A stretch of DNA of 64,000 bases from assembly GCF_000181795.1 (NCBI RefSeq), contig NW_003526944.1:62001-126000 (forward strand), given 5' to 3'. Source of the DNA: Trichinella spiralis (lineage: Eukaryota). The notes under the pieces were generated by a model. The model searched no databases and had not been told where the DNA came from. It was given only the letters and a program-made list of their open reading frames with translations. Position 1 is the first letter of the stretch. The number at the start of each line of letters is the position of its first letter. The position numbers were made by a program, and so were the translations under genes. Positions 1-12,800 of the stretch are shown here, piece by piece.

Positions 1-880
1 TCAATTTTACTATTCTGAAATCAAATTTATTAATGATCATTGAATCTATTTTAAAATAAATGCACGCAAATATTATTCAATCTGTAATATTTACATTAAT
101 ACAAATTTGTAAAAAAGAAAAAAAGATGTAAACGTCCAACTATCTTCCGCTTCATATTTTCAAACATCATATTACTAGTAGCAGAAATTGTACTATTAGT
201 AGTAGTTCAATAAAAGTTTGTTGTTTCGACGATGATGCCTGTCGAATTACAATTGATTGACTCGCTTTCCCTTATACTTTTCCAATGCAATTTCACCGGT
301 TCCAATTTGGAAGCAGCTGCTGATCCTGTAGTTGAAATTGGAAGCGCTGCGATTGATTTTAATTCACAACGACAAACAGAGACACAGGAAAGAGTGAAAA
401 GCTTTCTGCCCTAACAAATAAGCACTGCTTTTTTCAAATTTAAATTCAAATTCAAATTTCTCCCTCAAATTTCACTTTACAATTTTCAAAACAACAAATC
501 CCATTCTGCATTTCAAATATTATTAAATTCTGTGCTCAACTGTCTAAATGAATATATACATTAATCACTATACTGTTAATCTTTTTTCTACTTTCGTTTA
601 TATTTATTTCATAAAGCCATCATTGCGCAATTCAATTAGAATTTCATATAAGCCCGCTTATATTTAGCTTATTTTAAAACAAAACAAAAACAATCCCTTT
701 CTCTACAAGCACACAGTAATAGTAGTAGTAATAGCAGCAGTAGTTTCATTATCACTCAAATGAAATCTGTAAATTTACAGTAATAGATTACTATATTACA
801 GTGAATGCAAAACATCTGCATAAAACAAACAAAATTAGTGTTTGCAATTGTTAACTGAGATGCTATTGCACTGAATATAA

Positions 881-881
<1 letters not shown>

Positions 882-915
<34 letters not shown>
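882..915. repeat. (AT)n microsatellite
   Basis: About 17 AT units with one C interruption. Confidence 0.9.
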
Positions 916-3900
916 ATAAAAAGTTTCAAAGCAAATTAGTCAACTGCTTCAAAATTGAATAATTCTATTACCTGACCTTTTCGTGCAGTTTTATTTGTAA
1001 AAATTACAACAAGTGCTTAATAATAATAATAATAGTAAAAATAACAACTGTTCTACAGCTAGAACTTTCCATATTTTATCCTATCTTGAAATATATATGT
1101 CTGAAATTTTTTTATTTTTTAAGTACAATTTAACACAAGAAATAAATAAATCAATAAAAATATCATAGGACCATTGTAAATTGAGAAATTCAATATTGGA
1201 TTGTTTAGGCAGTTTAATGAGTTGGCAGATAAAGAAAAAAATCACAAAAAATTTTAATTTTGCAATTAAGTTTTCATTTTGTATGTTGAAAATTTAGAAT
1301 TTAAAAAAAATAAGAAAAACTAATAATCAGAAATTCAATTATTGTTGTCTGCTTAATGGAAATAAACAAAATGATTATTGCAAATTTTTCAAAAATGCCC
1401 TTTTTTTATTCAAAATTGCAATAATAAGTGCAATCGTCGTCAGTTGCATTATTGATTGAGCCACTTTATCCGGCTGACCATCGCGAACTCAGCTTTGTCT
1501 GATGCCTAGCGACGACACATTTGCAAAAGAAGCCGCGTAATGAACACTTCCGAAAGCTACAACTATCAATCACGCTTTATCTTGACAAGCCCAGGCAAAG
1601 TTTACTATGCAAAATGCCAGCTATCCTGTGCTATTACATAATATTGTAGGCCATTTTTCACATTTTATATTTATTTAAAGCCTTTATTATTGCTATTTGT
1701 TGTTTTTGAATTTTTGAAAATCAAATTAATATTGCAAATGCATTTTGTTTATTGTAAGTTCTATTACTTACATCTACCTTTTTGGCATGGTAAAACAAAG
1801 ACAGAAGAATTCTCAGTTGATTCTTATAATCAATCAGTTGTTGGCTAACAAATAACGGCCAATTCGCCGTCGCCAAGTAAATCAATCGATTCATCAGCTT
1901 ATTGTTGATTATTGCATTTAGCGTGACTATTGCAGCTAGCTGTGAAAGGAAATAAATATTATAGAAGAAAATTCCACATCGAAATACAGCCATTCCATTA
2001 GATAATAACAACAACAATCTTCAATATAACAACTATTATATTACTAAATATTATTTTTAAAAAAATATTTTCTTTTATAATCAATTTTAAAAAAACATGA
2101 ATTTTAATTTATCAAATATTTCAAATGAATATAATCTGGATGGAAACAGTAAAGAAAATAACAATAAAGAATTTATCTTTTCTGCTCCTTTCACATAATA
2201 TAACCAGTAGCAAGATTGTATTCAATTATAGCGATAATCTGAATTACATGTAAATTAACAATACTTAAGATTTCCAATTGGAATATAAAACCTTCACAAC
2301 TTTTCAGTAAAATGACTTCCACGTACATTTTCACTATTAACCTGTTTATGATGGAAATATTTATAATAAATGAAATGACTTTCCAGTGATGCATAACTTT
2401 GGAAATCATTATTGATCCATCATTTACATTTTCAATTTGTTCACGTTTGTGATCTCAACATCTGAGCATCAGTTAATAATCGGCAGTTCTAGTTCACTTC
2501 GACTATTTAATACCTTAATGTTTACCGCATGACAGCATCGATATTGCCGCTAAACACTACCTGCTCTTTGAAAAAGGATTCAATTAAAATTTTTTTTCTT
2601 TTTCACAAATCAAAATAGGAAGAATAAAAGTGACGTTTTCATCTTGAATAGAGCAGATGAAAAGAGAAAAAAAAATTAAAAGCAAGGGTCGATTGGAGAG
2701 TATTTGTTCTTCTCAATAAGACATTCATTACTATTATTTAACATATCCGTTTATTGGGCTATCATCTTCTGACATGACGTGAAAAAAAGTATGACGCTTT
2801 ACATATGAGGAGTCAATAAAGCTCGGAGGCAGTTGTCGTCAATGTCCTGTCGAATGCCTATACATGAAGTGGTGTGAAGCGTGTAATAGTTTATAAGCGA
2901 TGTAATGAGACACCGATCGATTGGCTGTTAAGCAGCAAAAATTGACGATCATTTAGCAGGCCCGTCGTTGCAAAGACACCACTGATGAAAGTAATCATTA
3001 ATATAACCACACATATTCAACCATGAAGGGCATTATTTTCATCAATAAACATACTCTTCAGCAACAATCGTAATACAAGAAATACTCCATCCACCCGCCT
3101 GCACCCACACTCATATATGTTGTATGTAGGTGTGTGCGCGTGACCCCTTTATAGTTAAAAATGTAGATAAATGCTAACAAATCAACCTAACACCCAAACA
3201 AAAAAAACTAATGGCAATTTTTCTTCCAAAAAGCAAACAGCACTTTTTCAATAAAATTCTTTTTGCAGCATCAAATTTTTGTTTCAAATTGCTTAAAAAT
3301 CTATTCCTCATAAACAATAAAAAATGCTATAATTTATTTTAACTTTAAATAACATATCTTGAAATATATCTAAACAATTCACAAGTATTTTCTTGCAAAT
3401 AACTAATACCAGAGAATTTTACACAAAGTTTAATTTGTGCTGTTTGCTAATTTCAAACATACAATCTAATATATGAATGCAAAGCAATCATCAGCTAGAC
3501 GATTCATCCATCATTGTTGTAAGCCAAATATAGTGACGTCATATTTTTATTTTCAAAAACTGATTATGACTGAAATCTGAACTAACTGACAGCGAACCTA
3601 TATTTTGTCAAACAGGAAGTTTATTCAAGAGCAGCTAATTTTGTTTCTTTTTTTGCTGATTTGATTTTTTTCAGTATAAAAGAAATTATAAATGATGACA
3701 CAGTACAGTTCAGTATAGTATTATGTATTATACTACAATAATGCAATATAACGTACATATGACACGTTCATTTAAAATCATTGTTTTGGATAATTTAATC
3801 AATAAACAAAACGTTCATAGTAAATACAGAAATAGTATTCCTAATTTGTTCAAGTGATAAAAAGCATTTTTATTAAAAATAACATGCTTATTTCCTCAAA

Positions 3901-6877
3901 TTATTCACTCCTATAACACACCCAAGAATTTTCTTTGCCACTACTTGCAGTGCAGTGAAAAGTAAATGAATTATTTAAACAGAAAAATAAATATGCTATT
4001 TCAATAAAATTTTCATTTTTCAATAGAAATCAATACCACGTGATCAAAAATCGAGCAATCAATTTTCTTTCCGTTTCTTTATCATTTCATATACATATAT
4101 ATGTATGCAGAATGAAGTCACTTTATGCAATCGGATAGAATCACAGACATGATTCATGAAAAACTCAAAACCCACAGAAATTCTAACTAATTGTTAAACA
4201 ATTATTGAAATATTTAATTGAATCACATTTTGATGTTTCACCACGTGCTTTATAATAATTTATGTCAGCACTGACTATGAAACATCTGAAAGTCACAAAT
4301 GTCACTCATTTTCTTACTCAATCGGGGTATTACCAGTGGGTATTTCTTTTAGCAGTAACTGTTAAAAACTGATCCAATGGGATTGGCTGTTTTCATAACA
4401 AATTACAAAATCTTTCAATAATGTGAACAAGCATTGAAATAAATATTCCATTTTTATTTATGCTTCATTATCAAAGTTACAACTCACTTCACTGCTGATA
4501 AAAATACAAAACGCTTGAAACTTTAAATACAATTTATAATTCATCTTTAATGTGGATCAATAATCATCAGGGAATAAATGAATCGCTCAGAAAATGAATA
4601 AAATTGCATAATGCGAATGTTAATTTTCTGTTTTCCTAATGTTAAATATTGATTTGCACTTTTTAATATAAATGAACAGTTGCTCAATTTCTAAATGATA
4701 ATTTTTGCAACTTGTTTATGTTCATACATTTACCTAATCATATACAAGAAAACAGATGCTATTTAATAATGTTGTAAAATTTATCAGAACATATTATAGC
4801 TGCTGCAGTGAAATGTTCATGATGAATTTCTTCTTCACAGCCAACATTGATGCTTTTCAATTAATTTAGCGTGAAAATATTTAAATGTATTTTCTTTTAA
4901 CTTTTTTTACAATCTTTACAAGTTTAAATAAATGTTCAAATTGAATTCAGTGTTTCAAAATTGCCCATTTACCAATTTGACTGCTACAGTATATTTTGCG
5001 CTAAGCGAAACCATAAATAAGTGCTAATAATGGGCCAATGGTAAAGAAGTGGCTTCTCAGGAAAGCTCTCGTTGGTTAAGTCTTTCTGCTGGCAAAAACA
5101 TTCAAATACAATAATCCTGAAAAGAAGCCTTAAATTCAGGCGTCAAAGCTGCCTGAAATATATCTGATTTCATATTCATGATGCTTAGGAAAAGTAATAA
5201 ACTGTCATGTTATGTAAACAATCATGCTAAGAGCAATCAATGCCTTTCATATAAAACATTTTTCATGTTTCTTAACATAATTTATTGAAAACTAAAAAAC
5301 AAAAATCTAACTGCACTTTCATCATAAGCGTTTCTTACAGGCAAGCCCATTGTCAGTAATATAAGTATTAAATAATAAAGCTAGGTTTCGTTTTCATTTA
5401 ATCATAAATCACGGTTCGCGCTTTTCAAAAATTCTACCGAAGTCAAAAATTCATCTATTGTGAAATTATGCGTTTTGTGTAAAATTAATTTAAAAGTAAT
5501 TTACAATACAATATCAGTTTCAGAAATGAAATTATGTATAACTTAATTTCTACTTTTGCTTCAAAATAGTTGAAAATTGAAAAATTAGTTATCCTTATAA
5601 GTATTAGAACAAAATGCATCGATCTATTTCACACAGACACATTCATTTGTTTCAGTAGTTCATTCACCAGATTTATAGCGCACACAAAATAAATAATGCT
5701 TAAATACAAATGTAACCAATATTATGAAAAATAAATAAATGTTCTATCAAAATTCTAGCTTATTACAACTTTCAGTAAACATTTTAATTTCATTTGTAGA
5801 AGTTGTTTTTTCTTAATGCCATGTTGATTTTCAATTAAACATACCTAGCATCATTAGATAAAGTTTCATCAAATGCTTATTAAATTTAATCAACTGAAAC
5901 AGAGATTGAAATAAATCAGGCATAAAGAAGTTCTTTCAAACAACTTATTCTCAAGTTGATCAATTTTTGTTAAAAGAAATGTAATAATAATGCAGAAGAG
6001 AATTCATTATTTTATGAGCTACTGATATGGTTTAAATGTTCCTGTATTAAAGCACCACACCAATACAAAGATATGCATGTTTAATTAAAATTGCAAGATT
6101 ATATTATTTGCAACCTTCTTCTCAGCCATGCATAATCTTGCATTGAAGAGGTTAAAGGAAAGCAAATAACTCTGAACAAAAATAAAATATTCCTAATTTC
6201 AAACATTCAAAACAAATGTACAAACAATCCTACGGTGAAATGCAACTCAATAAATTGTGTTCAACTGTTTAATAAAATAACATCAGCAAATTATTTATCT
6301 TTCATTTTATGCTAATTAATAAATTCACATTTTAGTGTTTTGATCTTTTTTTATTGATCCAAATGAACCTCTAAATTAAGTTTCTTCAACAGCTTCTAGT
6401 ATTATTGATTTATGATTTATCTGTTATTTGTTACATTTTATTTTCATTTAAGAATTACGTCTCTTCCATTAGAATTGAAACATAATTTTTTCACTTTCTA
6501 AAATTTTCTGAGTCAGTTCTTTGTTCAACAAAAGATATGTCAAATGAATTTGATTAATATTAAATTTCATTTCAAAAAACAATTTAACTTCAACTCGATT
6601 TTATAAAGTGCAGAGAATTTCCATTCAAACAAACAGAAAACTTCTAGGGGAACACACATGTTTAATGTGGAATTTTCCACGTAAAATTTCAACTTTGCGC
6701 CATCTGATAGTTACGTTAATGCGCAGAATATGCATTTATTGTTCATTATACTTGCATAATTTTTACAATTTTCATTCTGAACTTGCTGCTTGCGTGACAT
6801 GCTTGTCAATCAATTGTGTCCGCTTAACGCTTAGACAAGAAATGATTTCAAAACTAGTGACAATAATCGAATTGCAG

Positions 6878-9800
6878 CAAATATGAAAAGCAACTTGAAG
6901 AAATCGAAAAGCAAATTGAAGAGCGTAAGGAAGTGGCCCGAAAGTTGGTCGGCACGATGGATGACGCGATTTGTCAGATTTGTCAAAAAACAAAATTTGC
7001 GGATGGCATTGGTCACAAATGTTATTATTGTCAACTTCGATCATGCGCTCGCTGCGGCGGGCGGCTACACATCAAAGTAAAAGTAAGCATTCCACAATGT
7101 ATGCTTAAAAACCATAGAAAATACATCTCCTTTTTCTCTTTTCAGACAGATCAAAGCAAATCTGGAACTCTGCCACCAAAAGCTTCTACCGGGCAAAGCA
7201 TACAGCAAAAGGTAGACAGTTGAAATATCATTCAACCAAAACATGCTTGCATTTTGTGAGCACGATCATATTTCAATCTTTTCAGACAATTTGGTCTTGT
7301 TCATTGTGTCAGCAAAGGCAGCAAATTCTCGCAAAAACGGGTAAATGGTTCCATCATGCAGATAATAGTAATAAGACGACACTGAGTACAAATGAAACTC
7401 CCGCTGCTGAGCCTGACCAATCGACGTCTTCCACTGCACTTACTGTACCACAGAAGGACCTGGTCGAGCCAAGGCAAGTGAAAGCAACGCCTGTTGACCA
7501 AAATTCCACTTGTGAAAAAATACCTGAATTGCAACCGCAGGCGATATTTGAACCTACTGCCAAAAATAATATTGCGCATGCAGATTCTCCTTCTTCACCT
7601 GACGTTTTAGCCAATTCCAAATCACTCAAACGACAGTCAACTATTGAGGTTCATTATTCTACTGAGGCTGCATTAATAATAATTATAATAATATTATTAT
7701 TATGTAAGTAAATCTCCTTTATTTTTTTCTTTTTACAGGATCGTTGTGATGCAACGAAAACCGATGAGTATAGGCTAAATCAACGCTCCACTTCAAAAAT
7801 GTCAACAAGCTTAGAAGGGTCTCCTTCTCTTTATCCTCAGACAGAAACTTCTCCGATTCAGAGCAAGATAGCTGTTAAAGAAGGATCTGTTACCGTACCA
7901 GAACCAGCGGAAACTTATAGTAAAAATAATCGCCAACAGCAAAGCAACAAGCTGTCAATAAAAAGTGTGGTCAATCGTGATCAGAAACTTAGTCACTCTG
8001 AAGATGATGCAATTGTTAAGCAATCGCAGCTGAAAACAAAAACTTCAGAGCGTGCTGCTTATAAAAGCTCAGAACGAGTTGCAAAGAAATCCTACGCAGA
8101 TAATTTGACCAATCAGGAAGGCCTAACTGAACAAAGGGGTGAATTGTCGAAATCTGAAAGATCATCGTCCTCTAATTGGCAACTTGCCTACACCGACAGT
8201 CACGCTGAGGATTCGTCAAAATATGGCAACACTTCTGCAATAAAAAACACAAAAGAAATCAGTTCAGTCGGTATTAAGCAACCCAATGTTTGCCCCTCAA
8301 GCTCAAAATCAGGTAAGCGTCAATTATTTCATCTCTTTTTTCGCACGCATTAGTTATTCTAATGATATTTCGAACATGATTCTAACATTATTCTATAATA
8401 GTTGCCAAAGGCTATCTCAACTGATTCTTTCAAATCGCAAAAACTTACAAAAAGTATTTTGAAAGTTTTAAACTATATATTCTAGAGGGTTTTATAAATC
8501 TGATAATATAAATTTTCCGTGCAAATCTGCTGCCGTAGTGATACTCACAAAATAACAAAAAAGACAACGTTCTGAACATCTTCTGCCATACAGATAAGCA
8601 ACAATGCTAAGAGTGCAATCACAATTAGCAGTTAATTAAAACGAAGACTGAATATATTATTAGGTAATATGCAGACTTTAGAAGAAAAGAAGATCAAAAC
8701 AACTTCTACTGCTTACATGAGAACAGCATAAAAAACTTTTTTCATTCAACAAATTTTCCATCTGTACCCAAGTCAGCATTTCATTACTTAGTTTTTTAAG
8801 TATTACCATTATATGCGCCCGTAAATGGACGAGTATATTGCTTTGCAATAGCGCACAATATTTTTACAGTTAAATAACTAATAAAATTCTGCATGATTGC
8901 ATAAGTAAAACGTTTATCATCGCAGACTTTGAGAAAATTAATTTCATCGCATACTTGCTTTTATATTCTGCTAAACACATTTTAAAGTTTCCTCAGAAAC
9001 TTATTTGTGAAGCAAAAGTGCTAAAATTGCTCATTTTCTATTCAACGAAATAAATATAAAATTTAATTGTGAGAGAAGCGTTCTGAATGAATAGAATTGA
9101 AAAAAGGTGAAACAATGAAAAAAGTTTACGTTTAAAATCTCCCCAGTTAATTAATTTCAAACAAGATAATTTTTTAAAATGAATATTATATGATTAGCAA
9201 TAGTTTAAATAAATCATTGGAACGATGACCATGAAACTGTAAACGAACAATGAGAATAATGAAAACAACGAACATTTCAAAGATTCTCTTCTCAATTTAC
9301 TAATTTCCTTGGTGCTGGTATTTTTAAGCGGAATTGCGAAAATCAGAAAGTGTGCGAAGTGCATCAGGTACATCACATAGTCACAGAATGCAAAAGCATC
9401 GTATACAACAACAAACTGATCCCGAAACTGTCGACGACCAAGCCACTGAATGGCATGAACATAAATCAATTCCAATTCGACGAGCTTTATCTGAAATCGG
9501 TGATTACAATTTATCAACAACCAGTGACCAATTTTTCAACCAAGATCCAATAAGTGATTGCTTGTCACGCGCTGCCCGTGATTCCATTCAAACTACCGAA
9601 CGGTTCGTTCACGACAATGCATAATTCCCCTTCGATAAATGTAAATTCATAAACTTATTCATATTTTCGTTTCTAGGCAAGGATCTCTCAGTTCGTCTGA
9701 TGAAGATTTCCCATCTACCTCAGAATGTCAAAGTTATGAAGATTTAGAAAGTGAAAGTTACTCTGAAAGAGGTCAGTATTAAATTGATTTCATTTCATCC

Positions 9801-12800
9801 TATAATTTCGTCGCTATTGAACAGTTGAAGTAAATTATAAAAAACAGGAGTAAAAGTATTGAAAAAGCTAAATAAATAAAGAAATTGTAATTCCGTTTCA
9901 ACCGTCTGTGTAACAATGCGTTCTTTTAGGTAGACAAACTAAAACCAAACAAAGGCACCATATGTTTATGTTACCAGAAACATCTAATCAACAGGTATGC
10001 ATAAATACATGCAATTATGAAATTGATTCAATTGAATAAATTAGTACAGTTTGTTTACAGTTTCCATTACAATGGCAATCTAGTCCGGATGGAAGTTTCA
10101 TTTACAGAAAAGTGACTTTGCATCGTACAGCTGGAACTTCTCTTGGTCTTAAGGTGACAGGAGGCCGGAGTACTAGTAGTGGTCGTTTAGGTGCTTTCAT
10201 TACAAAAGTAAAACGTGGTAGCGTCGCTGATACTGTAGGACATCTTGTGCCTGGTAATTTTGAATTGAAAAATAGTTCCAATTTTTAATTGCTATTATGC
10301 TGTACATTAATTTAACATAGGTGACGAAGTTTTTCAATGGAATGGGTCATTGCTAGCTAACGCTTCATTCGACGAAGTATGTGAAGTGATCAATCAATCG
10401 AAATTTTGCAACCGCATAGAATTAGTTATCGCCAGGTGAATATCAACAAGTCACATTCACTACTGTATTTTCTGGAAAAACGAAGAAAACAAATAATCAA
10501 AAAAATTTCAGAACAATTATGCAATCGCCATTTGTGGATGAAGATAATTATGCTGCATCTGGAGAAGTGCCTAAGCATTTCTTTGAACAAAGACAGCTTC
10601 CTTATAGAAGTCAAACATTTGGTACTTTTCCAAGTCAAGCATTAAATCTGCAAGCTGCTAGTGGAACGTTACTTCCAGATAATCAAACTCCAATTGTGAT
10701 GATAACTGCTCCCCTAGTTGATCCCCTAATGCTTCAACTAAACAGCAATCAACAACAACAAAACAGAACCATTTCCGGTTACTCAACTGCAAGGATAAGT
10801 GGTCAAATTTTCGGCCAAATTAATGTATCTTTACTTTACGTACCGGATATAACGCAGCTAATAATCACAGTCATTGAAGCGGTCGACTTACCACCTAGAT
10901 CGGATGGTTCTGCAAGAAATCCATACGTGAAAATGTTCCTTCTACCTGACAGAAGGTCTACTGTTTTTTTCCTTTATATGCATTTTTATAAATGAATTTC
11001 TAACAATATTTGGCGTGCTTTAGCGAAAAAAGTCGTCGACAAAGCAAAACTATGGCTGAAACTTGCAACCCGGTGTGGCGACAAAGTTTGGTATACAAAG
11101 AAGTTACTTTCACAGATCTCAATAGAAAAGCTATTGAAATCACAGTCTGGGATTATGATCAGTATACATCAAATGACTTCCTTGGTGAGGTGAGGTGACA
11201 TTGGTTTATTGAATTTATCAGCATTCATATCTCAGACTTATAAATTATTTCAAACTTTTTTTACCGATAAATGATATCATGAATTCTTTAAAAAAATTTT
11301 TTTAATATAAAAAATTTTGTTATTTTCAAAATGGTCATTAAAATACAATGGATATTTTTAACAACCGAAACCTTTGTTCAACTTTCCAATAATTGCTACT
11401 AGTTGAAAACGTTTAATAATTTCAACAGATAGTAAGAACAATATTCTTCATAAAAAGGAAAAGAATCTTCATCACTTTCCCAGTTTATATTTTTGGCTTA
11501 GTTTCAAAGAAAAATTGAATGACTAGAATATCAAAAGAACATGTTTTGTTGTTATTAAATGAATAAGTATATTAGAAATATTTTTCTAAAATGCTTACTC
11601 AGATCAATTCTAAATAGTGATAATTTTTGTTACACTTGTACAATAAATTAACTTATAGTATAAAAGTTTCAGTAAACATTTCATGAATATAATTAATCAG
11701 GTTTACTTAATAGATTTTTTATGAAGTGAATTATTTTTTCTTTCACATTTTATGAAATTTTAATTTCAGGACCGTTTTCATGATAAAAATCGCTCTGTTC
11801 AGTATAATGTGATAAGTAGATCGATAAATAAATAAATGTATTTACTTTATCGTTTTTTCTTGCAGATATTAACAGCATACTGATTAACAGTTTTGCAATT
11901 TATAAATAAATTAATCAAAAGCCGGAAATAAACAAACTTCTAAAGTTGAGTTGTTACATTTCAAAATATACAGATCCATTACATGTTCTTTTAAGTAACA
12001 GGCATTCATTAAAAAAAGTTCAATTCATTTATTATTGCAAAACTATTTTATACCATCCATTGTTAAGGTTTTGATTGATCTGAGCAAAGCCAATTTGGAC
12101 AATACACCATTCTGGTACACACTGATCGATATGGATGAGGAGGCGTCACTGAAGAAAGTAATAGGCACTTTTATATTGAATTTCAACTCATCCAAATACA
12201 AATTGTTTTAGAAATTACGACATGTCAGACCTATATCTGCATCTTATTCCAAAGGTCTACCTGCGAGGTACGATCATAGAGATCGTGATCTCAGACTTTC
12301 TGCTCACTCAAGCGCAACGCTACCCACAATTACATCTCGCAATGTCCGTCAAAAATATCATGGTATGCATTTGTTACAACACCTACATTCTGAAAATTTT
12401 ACTAATAAACTCATATTGCTTATTAAAGGTAGTTTTAAGGAAATGCTTCTTTTTTCAATAACCATATGACATGTAGCATGAATTTCACGATGCACTAGTT
12501 TTGAAATGAAAATTTCAATTCATCCAGAATTGCAAATTATGAAAATAGCTTGATGGAACATTAATTTTTTCCCAAAATAATATGAATACATTTTCCAGAT
12601 TTTTGAAATCGATAAATATAAACATTTCCTAAGTAAATTAGTAAATGACATTCTGAAATGCTCTATCATACTGTAAAAGTAAAAACTTTGCCGAAAGCCA
12701 ATCAACAAATAAGTGATAACCCACTCCACTGCCATTGCCCAAAATGTTCCCCTTTAGTAAAAATCACTAAATAAAGATTATATAAATTTGTTGTTTTCAA

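Noticed and set aside
232..2409. Short ORFs at 232-414, 1721-2017 and 2191-2409
   Set aside because: AT-rich composition, no motifs and no consistent exon chain
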